A DNA stretch of 38,209 nt from Candidatus Saccharimonadales bacterium (GTDB lineage Bacteria; Patescibacteriota; Saccharimonadia; Saccharimonadales; JBBQAJ01): the NCBI GenBank assembly GCA_038316195.1, contig JBBQAJ010000005.1, positions 1-38,209 on the forward strand, written 5' to 3'. Numbering within the stretch: the first letter of the stretch is position 1; each line of letters opens with the position of its first letter. Made by a program: the position numbers and the translations under genes. The notes beneath the pieces are model-generated. The model saw only the letters and a program-made list of their open reading frames with translations, did not search any database and was not told the origin of the DNA. Shown piece after piece: positions 1-8,124 of the stretch.

Positions 1-624
1 GAACTGAAGCCCCAGTGAACGGCGGCGGTAACTATAACCGTCCTAAGGTAGCGAAATTCCTTGTCAGGTAAGTTCTGACCCGCACGAATGGAGTAATGAT
101 ATGGGTACTGTCTCGACGAAGAGCTCGGTGAAAGTGCATTGCCGGTAAAGATGCCGGCTGTCCGCAGCAGGACGAAAAGACCCTGTGCAGCTTTACTATA
201 GCTTGACATTGGACCGGGTCGTAATATGTGTAGCATAGGTGGGAGACTTTGAAGCTTAGACGCCAGTCTAGGTGGAGTCACAATGTGAAATACCACCCTT
301 ATTACGATTTTGTTCTTACTTAAACCGTTATCCGGTTTGAGGACCGTGTCTGGTGGGTAGTTTAACTGGGGCGGTTGCCTCCTAAAGAGTAGCGGAGGCG
401 TTCAAAGGTTGGCTAACTACGGATGGAAATCGTAGTGATAGTGTATACGCATAAGCCAGCTTGACTGTGAGACCTACAAGTCAATCAGGTACGAAAGTAG
501 GAGTAAGTGATCCGCTGGTACGAGCATTTATGTTCAATGAGTGTGGAGTCGCCAGCGCAAACGGATAAAAGTTACGCCAGGGATAACAGGCTTATAGCGC
601 CCAATAGTTCACATAGACGGCGCT

Positions 625-661
<37 letters not shown>

Positions 662-671
662 GTGAAGCATC

Positions 672-720
<49 letters not shown>

Positions 721-728
721 CAGAACGT

Positions 729-1512
729 AAATTACATTGCGTTCTACTACTGTAAAGTAGTAAAATACTATAGTGTACATCGCACTTATTAAAGTATTAA
801 ATCTGACTGAAATCGGTGAAACCCGACTGGAACACAATCGAACGGTTCCAAGGGCAATACCGAGGGAAGATCAGCAAAATGTCTGACGAAGTAAGAGCGT
901 ATATCGCTGGTTTCTTAGATGGTGACGGCTCGATTATGGCCCAACTTGTACATCGTAAAGATTACAAACTTGGTTACCAAATTAGAGTTAGTATTGTTTT
1001 TTATCAAAAACAAAGCCGCTCAGAAATCCTCTTTTGGCTAAAAGAGCAGCTCAAATATGGCTACATTCGCAACCGTAATGACGGTATGAGCGAGTACACC
1101 ATTGTTGGGCTCACTGAAGTAGAGCAAGTTTTAATACTGCTTCAGGAACAGCTTCGTCTAAAGAAAAATCTTGCCCGAGAAGTTTTACGGCTTATCAGCC
1201 TTCATCCTAAAAAAATGACGGCCGCCAAGCTACTAACTCTCGCTAAGATCGTTGATAAAACTGCTGAATTTAACTATTCAAAAAAGCGGACAATAACGGC
1301 ATTAGTCGTGCAGACTTTCTTGAACGACAAATTGCTTTTCCCCGTAGAGACTTCAGATTAGTTAGCAGCTAATCTGGGATGGGATTTTCAACTTGAAACC
1401 CATAAAACGTCAGCTCCTAAGCCCGATACTAGCCGGGAAGGATGAAGATATAGTCCGTGCCATCAGTAATGGTGGAGACAGTTTTGAGAATTGAACAGCT
1501 TAAAACTTCACG
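729..1512 (+). mobile_element. Group I self-splicing intron (IA3-like) at 23S position L2593 (E. coli numbering), carrying a homing endonuclease
   Basis: Interrupts AGAACGT^CGTGAGAC. The 5' exon ends in U728 and the intron ends in G1512. P1: AGAACGU pairs with GCGUUCU (739-745) including the U.G wobble. P3 CTGAC/GTCAG. Core elements GGCAATACCGAGGGAAG, CCCGTAGAGACT, GATATAGTCC. P9 hairpin CCATCAGTAATGGTGG. Confidence 0.95.
879..1361 (+). CDS. Single-motif LAGLIDADG homing endonuclease, I-CreI/I-MsoI-like
   Basis: YIAGFLDGDGSIMAQL..YQK..GYIR..NYSKKRT aligns by eye with I-CreI (YLAGFVDGDGSIIAQI..TQK..GYVR..NDSKTRK). ATG at 879 lies just after the intron Q element; the frame is open from 816. 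Confidence 0.93.
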   Translation: MSDEVRAYIAGFLDGDGSIMAQLVHRKDYKLGYQIRVSIVFYQKQSRSEILFWLKEQLKYGYIRNRNDGMSEYTIVGLTEVEQVLILLQEQLRLKKNLAREVLRLISLHPKKMTAAKLLTLAKIVDKTAEFNYSKKRTITALVVQTFLNDKLLFPVETSD

Positions 1513-1576
1513 CGTGAGACAGTTCGGTTTATATCCGCTGTGGACGTCAGGAAATTTGAGAGGAGTTGACCCTAGT

Positions 1577-2350
1577 AAGAAATTGCTACTTCACGTAGAA
1601 ATGCGTGATGACAACTCGGCTAATAACGGTGAAACCTTCATATGTTTTAGGCCCAAGAATTGTTTACAGGCAGGTCCGCTTGTATTACAATTCGCTTGAG
1701 GACCGAAAACCTCTGAAAGGCAATACCGTGGGAAGTCGATCAAGTGTTGATAAAGCTTATATTGCGGGTTTTCTAGACGGTGATGGCAGTATTATGTTGC
1801 AGTTAAAAAAGCGAGCAGACACCAAGCGTGGCTTTCGTTTTATGGCAACGATCTGTTTTTACCAAGATACCCGGCATGAAAAGCCTCTTTTATGGATGCA
1901 AGAAGTTCTAGGAATTGGCTATGTTTCGAGAAGAAACGACGCCATTTCCGAGTTAAGAATTAATGGATTTCAACAAATCCAAACTATTCTTACGGAGCTA
2001 AAGCCTTATGTGCGCTTCAAGACCAAACAGGTCGAAGCCATGATAAGCGCTTGCCGCATACATAATAAGAGTCATATAAATAAGCTTTCCGATAAACAAC
2101 TCATGGAACTTGTCGAGCTGATTTTAGTTATACAAAACGAAAATTACAAAGCTCATCGCAAGAAATCCAAACAGGAGTTTATCGAAATACTTGGTTTGAC
2201 CCCGTAACGACTTGGTTTTGATTAACCAGATGGAAATTACTTTGCAATAGCAAAAATATAAGGTTTCCATAATACGCCGATACCCTCGTTCCGATCTATC
2301 GGAAACGGGTAAAGATATAGTCTGCGCCATTAGAAATAATGGATCAAGCG
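1577..2350 (+). mobile_element. Group I intron inserted in the sarcin-ricin loop of 23S rRNA (after U2656), carrying a homing endonuclease
   Basis: Interrupts CCTAGT^ACGAGAGGACC. The exon ends in U1576 and the intron ends in G2350. Short P1 UAGU/GCUA. P3 TCGGC/GCCGA. Core elements GGCAATACCGTGGGAAG, CCCGTAACGACT, GATATAGTCT. P9 hairpin CCATTAGAAATAATGG. Confidence 0.93.
1728..2207 (+). CDS. Single-motif LAGLIDADG homing endonuclease
   Basis: AYIAGFLDGDGSIMLQL..FYQD..LGIGYV..LKPYVRFK. Start uncertain: in-frame GTG at 1728 preceded by GAAAGG; the frame is open from 1605/1608. Confidence 0.9.
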   Translation: MGSRSSVDKAYIAGFLDGDGSIMLQLKKRADTKRGFRFMATICFYQDTRHEKPLLWMQEVLGIGYVSRRNDAISELRINGFQQIQTILTELKPYVRFKTKQVEAMISACRIHNKSHINKLSDKQLMELVELILVIQNENYKAHRKKSKQEFIEILGLTP

Positions 2351-2800
2351 ACGAGAGGACCGGGTTGAACGCACCGCTGGTGTACCAATTGTTCTACCAA
2401 GAGCATCGTTGGGTAGCTATGTGCGGCACGGATAAGCGCTGAAAGCATATTAAGCGCGAAGCCGACCTCAAGATTAGATTTCCCTATGAGGACACTGAAA
2501 GACCATCAGTTTGATAGGCGCAAGGTGGAAGTACGGCAACGTATGGAGCCGAAGCGTACTAATAGTCCCATTGACTTTTTACGAACTCTGATAAGGCGTG
2601 AGTCTTATCAGAGTAAGTGCATTGACTAGTTATTGGTGGTTCTAAACCACTACGTTTACCTTAAAAATCTCAAAATCACGTGCAATATATCATACATGAT
2701 ATAGGACAAAATTTGTCATATATCATAAATGGTATAAGTATGAGCATCGAACAAGCGTCCAAAGCGTAGAATACCAATTCTTCGCCATCGAGACGCAGAA

Positions 2801-2914
2801 TTTGGTGCCCATGGCGCGAGGGTCACACCTGTTCCCATGCCGAACACAGAAGTTAAGCCTCGCAGCGGTTACAATACTTGGGTTTTAACCCTGGGAAAAT
2901 AGCACGGTGCCAAA
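2801..2914 (+). rRNA. rrf: 5S rRNA
   Basis: CACCTGTTCCCATGCCGAACACAGAAGTTAAGC core; the termini TTTGGTGCC and GGTGCCAAA pair; about 114 nt downstream of 23S. Confidence 0.96.
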
Positions 2915-2924
2915 TTATAGAGAT

Positions 2925-2953
2925 AGCCTCCTTAAAAGGAGGCTTTTTCTTTT
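2925..2953 (+). terminator. Intrinsic terminator of the rRNA operon
   Basis: AGCCTCCT-TAAA-AGGAGGCT followed by TTTTCTTTT. Confidence 0.88.
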
Positions 2954-2983
2954 AATACAATAGATTTATACTGATAATTGACA

Positions 2984-4396
2984 ATGAAAAAAACTCCACA
3001 AAAACAAATAAAAAATACCAAAAAAGCTAAATCGGGAAGAAGGATATTATCCTTGAAATTCGCGATATTTATTGCACTTTTTGCTCTTGTTGGATCAATT
3101 TTCATTTATAAAAGTTTTGCAGTGACGGCTAATAATGTCAGCAATAATTGTCCATCACTTAGTACGAGAGAAAATACAGTCTTTTGGTATCAGCCTATAA
3201 AAGATGGAGATATAGTTAAATTTGGTTGTCCAAAAGTAATAGTCGGGAACTGGAATTGGACACAAGACGACATTGCACATGTAAAAGCTGCCACTGGAGC
3301 TGATGTCTATAGTTATCTGGAGATGTTTTGGCTGCCTGCTTCTGGGCAGTTTGACGGAATTGACTACAGCAATGTTCCTGGCTGGCAATTTTGTAACAAT
3401 GGCAATACGCCTATGATTGGTGATTACTCTGGTAGCGCCCATCCCAACTGGTATTATGTTGACCTTAATTCTCAAAAAGTTATAGATACATTTAAGACGT
3501 ATGCAAGTAATCAGAAAACAAAGGGGTTCGATGGTATTTTTCTTGATACTGGTGGACAGGCAATGGTTTACGGTCAAATATGGAGTAAAAAATCGACTTG
3601 CACCCAAGATCCCATAAACACTTCTAGGACGGCAGGGGATTCTTTTGCTAGTTTGCCAATAAGTTTGGCGCAACTTGGAATGGGTTCATTTGTAAACATT
3701 GGTATTGCGCCTGATTTAAATGTTCCAAAATTCAGACCTGATCCCACTCGTTCAGATTGTATTGCAAGCCTTCCAACGTGTGTTCCTTTAAACGATATTA
3801 TGCAAAATGCCAACTACGTACTCAATGAAAATGTGATGAATAATTATAATGATGCAGATTGGCCACATCTAATAGACGTTCTATATAGTGATCAAAATGT
3901 ACCCCTTAACCCAGCTCGTTCAAAAGCTAAGGTTGTTACTATGGGGCGTTACTTCGGGCCAGAGGATAGTACAAAACCAGCTCATATCTTATATCAGTGG
4001 GCTAGCATGAAATTGTTGAACGTTTCAGTTAACTTTGGAACTGGAGATGATGGAGTTGGTGGAAACCGACATGGTATCGCACCTACTGGTCTTACAAATA
4101 CACAACTTGGGACTCCTTTATCTAATTGGGGTATGCCGGGCAAATTACTTACTGACGGCGTGCACGGAATTTGGTATCGCCGATATAGTAATGGAATTAT
4201 TGTATTGAATAACTCTTCAGTAACTCGAATAACTGGAGTAATACCTATATTTGACGACGGATCATGTCGCTATTTGAACTCTCAACCCACTAATCAGGCC
4301 ATAGGTGGCGCAATCTGTAACAAAACAATAAATCGTAGTCTCAAGCCCTATACTGCTGAGGTAATAACTTACTCAAAACTTTCTAGTAAAAGATAA
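2984..4396 (+). CDS. Exported putative TIM-barrel glycoside hydrolase (GH114/GH166/GHL15-like)
   Basis: Lys-rich N-terminus, hydrophobic helix and KSFA; YYVDL...GFDGIFLDT motif; C-terminal WYRRYSNGIIVLNN strand domain. Family assignment is tentative. Confidence 0.6.
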   Translation: MKKTPQKQIKNTKKAKSGRRILSLKFAIFIALFALVGSIFIYKSFAVTANNVSNNCPSLSTRENTVFWYQPIKDGDIVKFGCPKVIVGNWNWTQDDIAHVKAATGADVYSYLEMFWLPASGQFDGIDYSNVPGWQFCNNGNTPMIGDYSGSAHPNWYYVDLNSQKVIDTFKTYASNQKTKGFDGIFLDTGGQAMVYGQIWSKKSTCTQDPINTSRTAGDSFASLPISLAQLGMGSFVNIGIAPDLNVPKFRPDPTRSDCIASLPTCVPLNDIMQNANYVLNENVMNNYNDADWPHLIDVLYSDQNVPLNPARSKAKVVTMGRYFGPEDSTKPAHILYQWASMKLLNVSVNFGTGDDGVGGNRHGIAPTGLTNTQLGTPLSNWGMPGKLLTDGVHGIWYRRYSNGIIVLNNSSVTRITGVIPIFDDGSCRYLNSQPTNQAIGGAICNKTINRSLKPYTAEVITYSKLSSKR

Positions 4397-4483
4397 GGGC
4401 TTTTAAAGTGTCGTATGTTTCGTTTAGCTAGTATTTTGTGGAGGAAAGAATATAATTACTCTAAGCCTTAAATAAATCTAATC

Positions 4484-6001
4484 ATGAAAATTAAACAGAA
4501 AACCAAAAAACTATCCAAATCATCCAAGAAACTTCAGATAAAAAGCAGTTTTTGGTATAAGAAGCCATTTTTATTTGCATTGTTTTTTGCGTTTATTGGC
4601 TCATTTTTTCTGGTGAAAAGTTTTGCAGCTTCAAGTATTTTACTTGTATCAAGTCACCTTGATCTTTCAAATTCTATCGGAGCTTCAGTTATAGTTGATA
4701 CTTCGAGTCCAACTAAGGGTAATACTAACGTTGTGAAGTTAATTAATTCAGTTAGCTCAACATCAGCCAAAGCAGCCTTTGTAAACTCCAGCATTCTACT
4801 AGATCCTGGTGAATACAAAGCCTGCATGTTGTCAGTTTCCAAAAACAAAACTATTGGTGGTGGTTTACAGATGGTATATTATGCGAATTCAATCCCAGGA
4901 GCAGTATTAGCTGGTACCTTCTTTTCGCAATCGGTAAAAACAGATTATTCGGAATCAGTATGTGTAAACTTTACCAACTATCGGGCAAATTCTTTGATTG
5001 GTGCTGTTATTCAAAATGTAACTGCTGGTGGTGAATTAAGAATTGGTAACCTTAATATAACGAAAACAGGTGATATTCCTGTTGGACTACTGCAGCCTGA
5101 CAGCAGAGGGTTTGCGCCATACGCATACATTCCATGGGGTGATATAAGTATGACAGCTATAAAAGATGCCACCGGAGTAAAAAATTATACAGCTGCCTTT
5201 GTTCTAAGCAATGGAAATTGTGTGCCGGCTTGGGATGGGAACTCGACACTTGGGCTCAGTAGTAATCGTGCAAACATAATCAGAACTGACATAAACAATA
5301 TAAGGGCTAGTGGTGGAGATGTTACTGTTTCATTTGGTGGGGCTGGTGGTACAGAGTTAGCTTTGGCGTGTCCCACTGTTGCGACACTTAAAGACGCTTA
5401 TAAGAGTGTAGTTGATAAATATGGACTCGGCAGAATGGATTTTGATATCGAGGGTGCAGCTATTGGTAATTCCACTGCAAATGAATTACGAGCTCAAGCC
5501 TTGGCATTGTTACAACGAGATTACCCTAATCTGAAAGTGTTTGTAACGCTTAGCGTTAACGGCAATGGGATACCATCTAATGGAGTAAATTTTTTAACTC
5601 AACTAAAAAATAATGGAGCTATCCTTGCTGGAGTAAATATTATGACAATGGACTACGGTGTGCGCTCAACACAATTGGGACAATTAGCAATTCAATCAGC
5701 TAATCGTACCCAAATTCAACTTAAGACCATATTTGGGTCTTCTGACGCTGTAGCCTGGAAGTCACTTAATCTGACAGCAATGATTGGAATAAATGACACT
5801 CAGCCCGAAACTTTTAGTTTAGCTAATGCAATCGAACTTCGAACTTTTGCAGACCAAAAGAAGATAGGCGCCTTGAGTTTCTGGAGTCTTAACAGAGACA
5901 AAAGTTGCCCAGGTAACGTTGCGACACTAGCAGAAAACTGTAGTGGTGTAGTGCAGTCACAATACCAATATAGCAGTATCCTTAATATGCCACAGAATTA
6001 G
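4484..6001 (+). CDS. Exported GH18 chitinase-like glycoside hydrolase (PF-ChiA-like) with an N-terminal accessory domain
   Basis: FAPY, VSFGGAGG, catalytic DFDIEG (DxDxE), VNIMTMDYG, MIGIND and FWSLNRD motifs; N-terminal signal/TM segment. Confidence 0.88.
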   Translation: MKIKQKTKKLSKSSKKLQIKSSFWYKKPFLFALFFAFIGSFFLVKSFAASSILLVSSHLDLSNSIGASVIVDTSSPTKGNTNVVKLINSVSSTSAKAAFVNSSILLDPGEYKACMLSVSKNKTIGGGLQMVYYANSIPGAVLAGTFFSQSVKTDYSESVCVNFTNYRANSLIGAVIQNVTAGGELRIGNLNITKTGDIPVGLLQPDSRGFAPYAYIPWGDISMTAIKDATGVKNYTAAFVLSNGNCVPAWDGNSTLGLSSNRANIIRTDINNIRASGGDVTVSFGGAGGTELALACPTVATLKDAYKSVVDKYGLGRMDFDIEGAAIGNSTANELRAQALALLQRDYPNLKVFVTLSVNGNGIPSNGVNFLTQLKNNGAILAGVNIMTMDYGVRSTQLGQLAIQSANRTQIQLKTIFGSSDAVAWKSLNLTAMIGINDTQPETFSLANAIELRTFADQKKIGALSFWSLNRDKSCPGNVATLAENCSGVVQSQYQYSSILNMPQN

Positions 6002-6132
6002 ATTGCCAAAACTATATAAATAACAGGATTTTAGTGTCTTCCTCCTGATTGGTTATTAAGAAGACATTGTAATCTAGCAGAGCCAGCATTAGCACGTCTT
6101 TACGTTTAAAAAACACAGCAAACAGAAGCGTA

Positions 6133-6161
6133 TTGACAATGCTAACGGTATGTGATACCAT
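6133..6161 (+). promoter_or_regulatory. Sigma70-type promoter for the KGG gene leader
   Basis: TTGACA-N17-TACCAT with an extended -10 TG. Confidence 0.7.
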
Positions 6162-6272
6162 AAGCATAACTTCGCAAGAAGCGACATCAGAGAGGGTAGT
6201 GCTGTCAGAGGCACCCCTCTCTTTTGTTTTCATCTTTTTAAACTTAAAGGTGGTGGGCAGGGAGTCATAAAA

Positions 6273-6470
6273 ATGGCTGGAACTAAAGCAGGCGGCAAAG
6301 CAGCTGCATCAACAAACAAAGCTAAATATGGCGCTGATTTTTACGCAAAAATCGGTGCAGCAGGTGGCAAAAAAGGCCGAACGGGTGGTTTTTTCGCTAA
6401 CCGTGAATTAGCACGACTAGCTGGTGCTAAAGGTGGCCGAATAAGCCGTCGAACTAAAAAAGTAGCTTAA
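6273..6470 (+). CDS. KGG-motif general stress protein
   Basis: FYAKIGAAGGKKG and ARLAGAKGGRIS repeats; Shine-Dalgarno GGGAG upstream. Confidence 0.85.
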   Translation: MAGTKAGGKAAASTNKAKYGADFYAKIGAAGGKKGRTGGFFANRELARLAGAKGGRISRRTKKVA

Positions 6471-6492
6471 TTACATAGGCAACTAAGAATCT

Positions 6493-6525
6493 CCACTTGG
6501 GTTAACCAAGTGGTTTTTCTTTTTT
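6493..6525 (+). terminator. Intrinsic terminator
   Basis: CCACTTGG-GTTAA-CCAAGTGG followed by TTTTTCTTTTTT. Confidence 0.85.
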
Positions 6526-6670
6526 GGAGTATGTTTAAGGCTTTGTAATTGAGTTTTAATAATCATAATTGAATATGGCACATTTTACTGCATATTGATT
6601 ACTTGTTCTGCGTTCAATCTGGCAAATATTAACACATCATTTACCATGACTTCTTAGATATTATAAATTT

Positions 6671-7171
6671 TTAGCTAAACATCGTCTGGGATTTCACTGA
6701 CGTTGTTTTTTTATGCCTGTCCTGCATGCGATAGGGCCTGCAGAATCGTGATTTTGACACAGACCACCGTGAGTAACAGTTTAAGCATAAATACGTTGTC
6801 TGATCTACCTGGAGACTGTTGAGGGCACAAGTGGGACAGGTACTTCGGGAATATAGCCAATCTCGATAAGTATTTAGACAATCCTGAATATGTTCTTCGT
6901 TAATTCTTAACGATATTTTATGGCTCAAAAATTGAGCTGATTGCCAAGCCGCTACTTCAAGGTGTAGTAGACCAACGTCAGTTTTATATTCCTTGTGTTT
7001 AAGAAAAGCATGTCCCGATTCATGTAAAAGAGCCCAGATACCGGCTTCTGTTTTCAGTGCAGTTTTATTCATAAAAATTGAATTTGATTGAGGAGACCAA
7101 TAGAATGTTGAAGAATCTTCAAATTTTATTGTAGGTAATATTTTTTGTAGATTATTTAGTATGCTTTGCAT
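6671..7171 (-). CDS. Hypothetical protein with an HExxH metallopeptidase-like motif (ImmA/IrrE-like) and a C-terminal zinc ribbon
   Basis: LLHESGH, a downstream EVAAW, and CPTC...CLNC. ATG 7171 preferred over TTG 7192. Confidence 0.65.
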   Translation of the reverse strand: MQSILNNLQKILPTIKFEDSSTFYWSPQSNSIFMNKTALKTEAGIWALLHESGHAFLKHKEYKTDVGLLHLEVAAWQSAQFLSHKISLRINEEHIQDCLNTYRDWLYSRSTCPTCALNSLQVDQTTYLCLNCYSRWSVSKSRFCRPYRMQDRHKKTTSVKSQTMFS

Positions 7172-7973
7172 GATGTTGTTTGGCGTATTCAAAACAGCCG
7201 TAGATTACTGCTTCTTCAGGTCTTTTTGCCCCTCTAAATGCAGGCAAAGATATTTCTTTAGGTTTGATTTCGAGAACTGCTTTTTTAAGTTGAGATTTAA
7301 ATTTATCAAAATGGGCACCAACTCCACCCCCAAATATTACTACTTGAGGTCTAAACGCAGCAATTACATTAACAAGACCAAGGGCGATGTTGCGTGAAAT
7401 CGCCAGCCAAATATCCGGATCTTCAATCTCGCTTGCACGTTTATTGTATTTTTTGACAATTGCTTTGCCAGATGCAAAGTCTTCCCATTGCTGAAGGGTG
7501 CCATCGTGCTCGTACAAACTTTTTCCTACTTCAGAATCAATGGTATTTTGGTCTAATTTGCCCCTAACTACAAAAGCCGATCCTATTCCTGTGCTTACAG
7601 TTAAATATAATACAGTTTCAAATTCGCTAATCAGGAGCATTGCCTCAGATAAGCCAGCAAGTTTACTGTCATTTTCAATCAAGAATTCACATCCAAAAGC
7701 ATCTTTACATACGCTAGTGACTGATACTCTACCCCATTTCAATATGTCATCATATATAGATATACCTTTTTTGCGATCTATATTTCCACGCATTCCGACA
7801 CATCCAAATGAGAATATTTTTGTAGTCAAATTAGCAACAGTCTTTGCCAATTCTTTTTTAAAATTGTCATAATTTTTAGGGGTAGGGAATTTAATTTGTT
7901 CAATTATTATACCGTGTATATCGAAAACAGCTACTAAAGTCTTCGTACCACCAATATCGACTGCTGCAAACAT
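7152..7973 (-). CDS. ROK family sugar kinase
   Basis: VDIGGTKT, IENDS, TVSTGIGS, EDFASG, FGGGVG. ATG 7973 lies 8 nt after a TAAAAT -10 box. Confidence 0.92.
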   Translation of the reverse strand: MFAAVDIGGTKTLVAVFDIHGIIIEQIKFPTPKNYDNFKKELAKTVANLTTKIFSFGCVGMRGNIDRKKGISIYDDILKWGRVSVTSVCKDAFGCEFLIENDSKLAGLSEAMLLISEFETVLYLTVSTGIGSAFVVRGKLDQNTIDSEVGKSLYEHDGTLQQWEDFASGKAIVKKYNKRASEIEDPDIWLAISRNIALGLVNVIAAFRPQVVIFGGGVGAHFDKFKSQLKKAVLEIKPKEISLPAFRGAKRPEEAVIYGCFEYAKQHHAKHTK

Positions 7974-8030
7974 ATGAGCAAATTTTACCATGTTAACTTT
8001 AAGACAAACAGCTGAATGTTAAAGCTTGAG

Positions 8031-8059
8031 TTGCCTTTACAGATATAAACAGATATAAT
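8031..8059 (+). promoter_or_regulatory. Sigma70-type promoter of rpsA-infB
   Basis: TTGCCT-N17-TATAAT; Shine-Dalgarno AAGGAGG before the rpsA ATG. Confidence 0.65.
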
Positions 8060-8124
8060 TAGGGTAAATCTGATCGGGATAATGTGCTAAGGTGCACCGC
8101 AGAAATTAAGGAGGCATGTAAAAC

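Noticed and set aside
1457..1699. 80-aa ORF crossing intron 1, the micro-exon and intron 2 (also 2124-2330 on the minus strand)
   Set aside because: It overlaps rRNA exon and ribozyme core sequence and has no protein motif; a chance frame.
2740..2800. tRNA in the 23S-5S spacer
   Set aside because: A GC-rich stem is present, but there is no TTC T-loop or cloverleaf.
6012..6233. 73-aa minus-strand ORF upstream of the KGG gene (also 20959-21237 on the minus strand)
   Set aside because: It overlaps promoter and leader structures on the other strand and shows no coding features.
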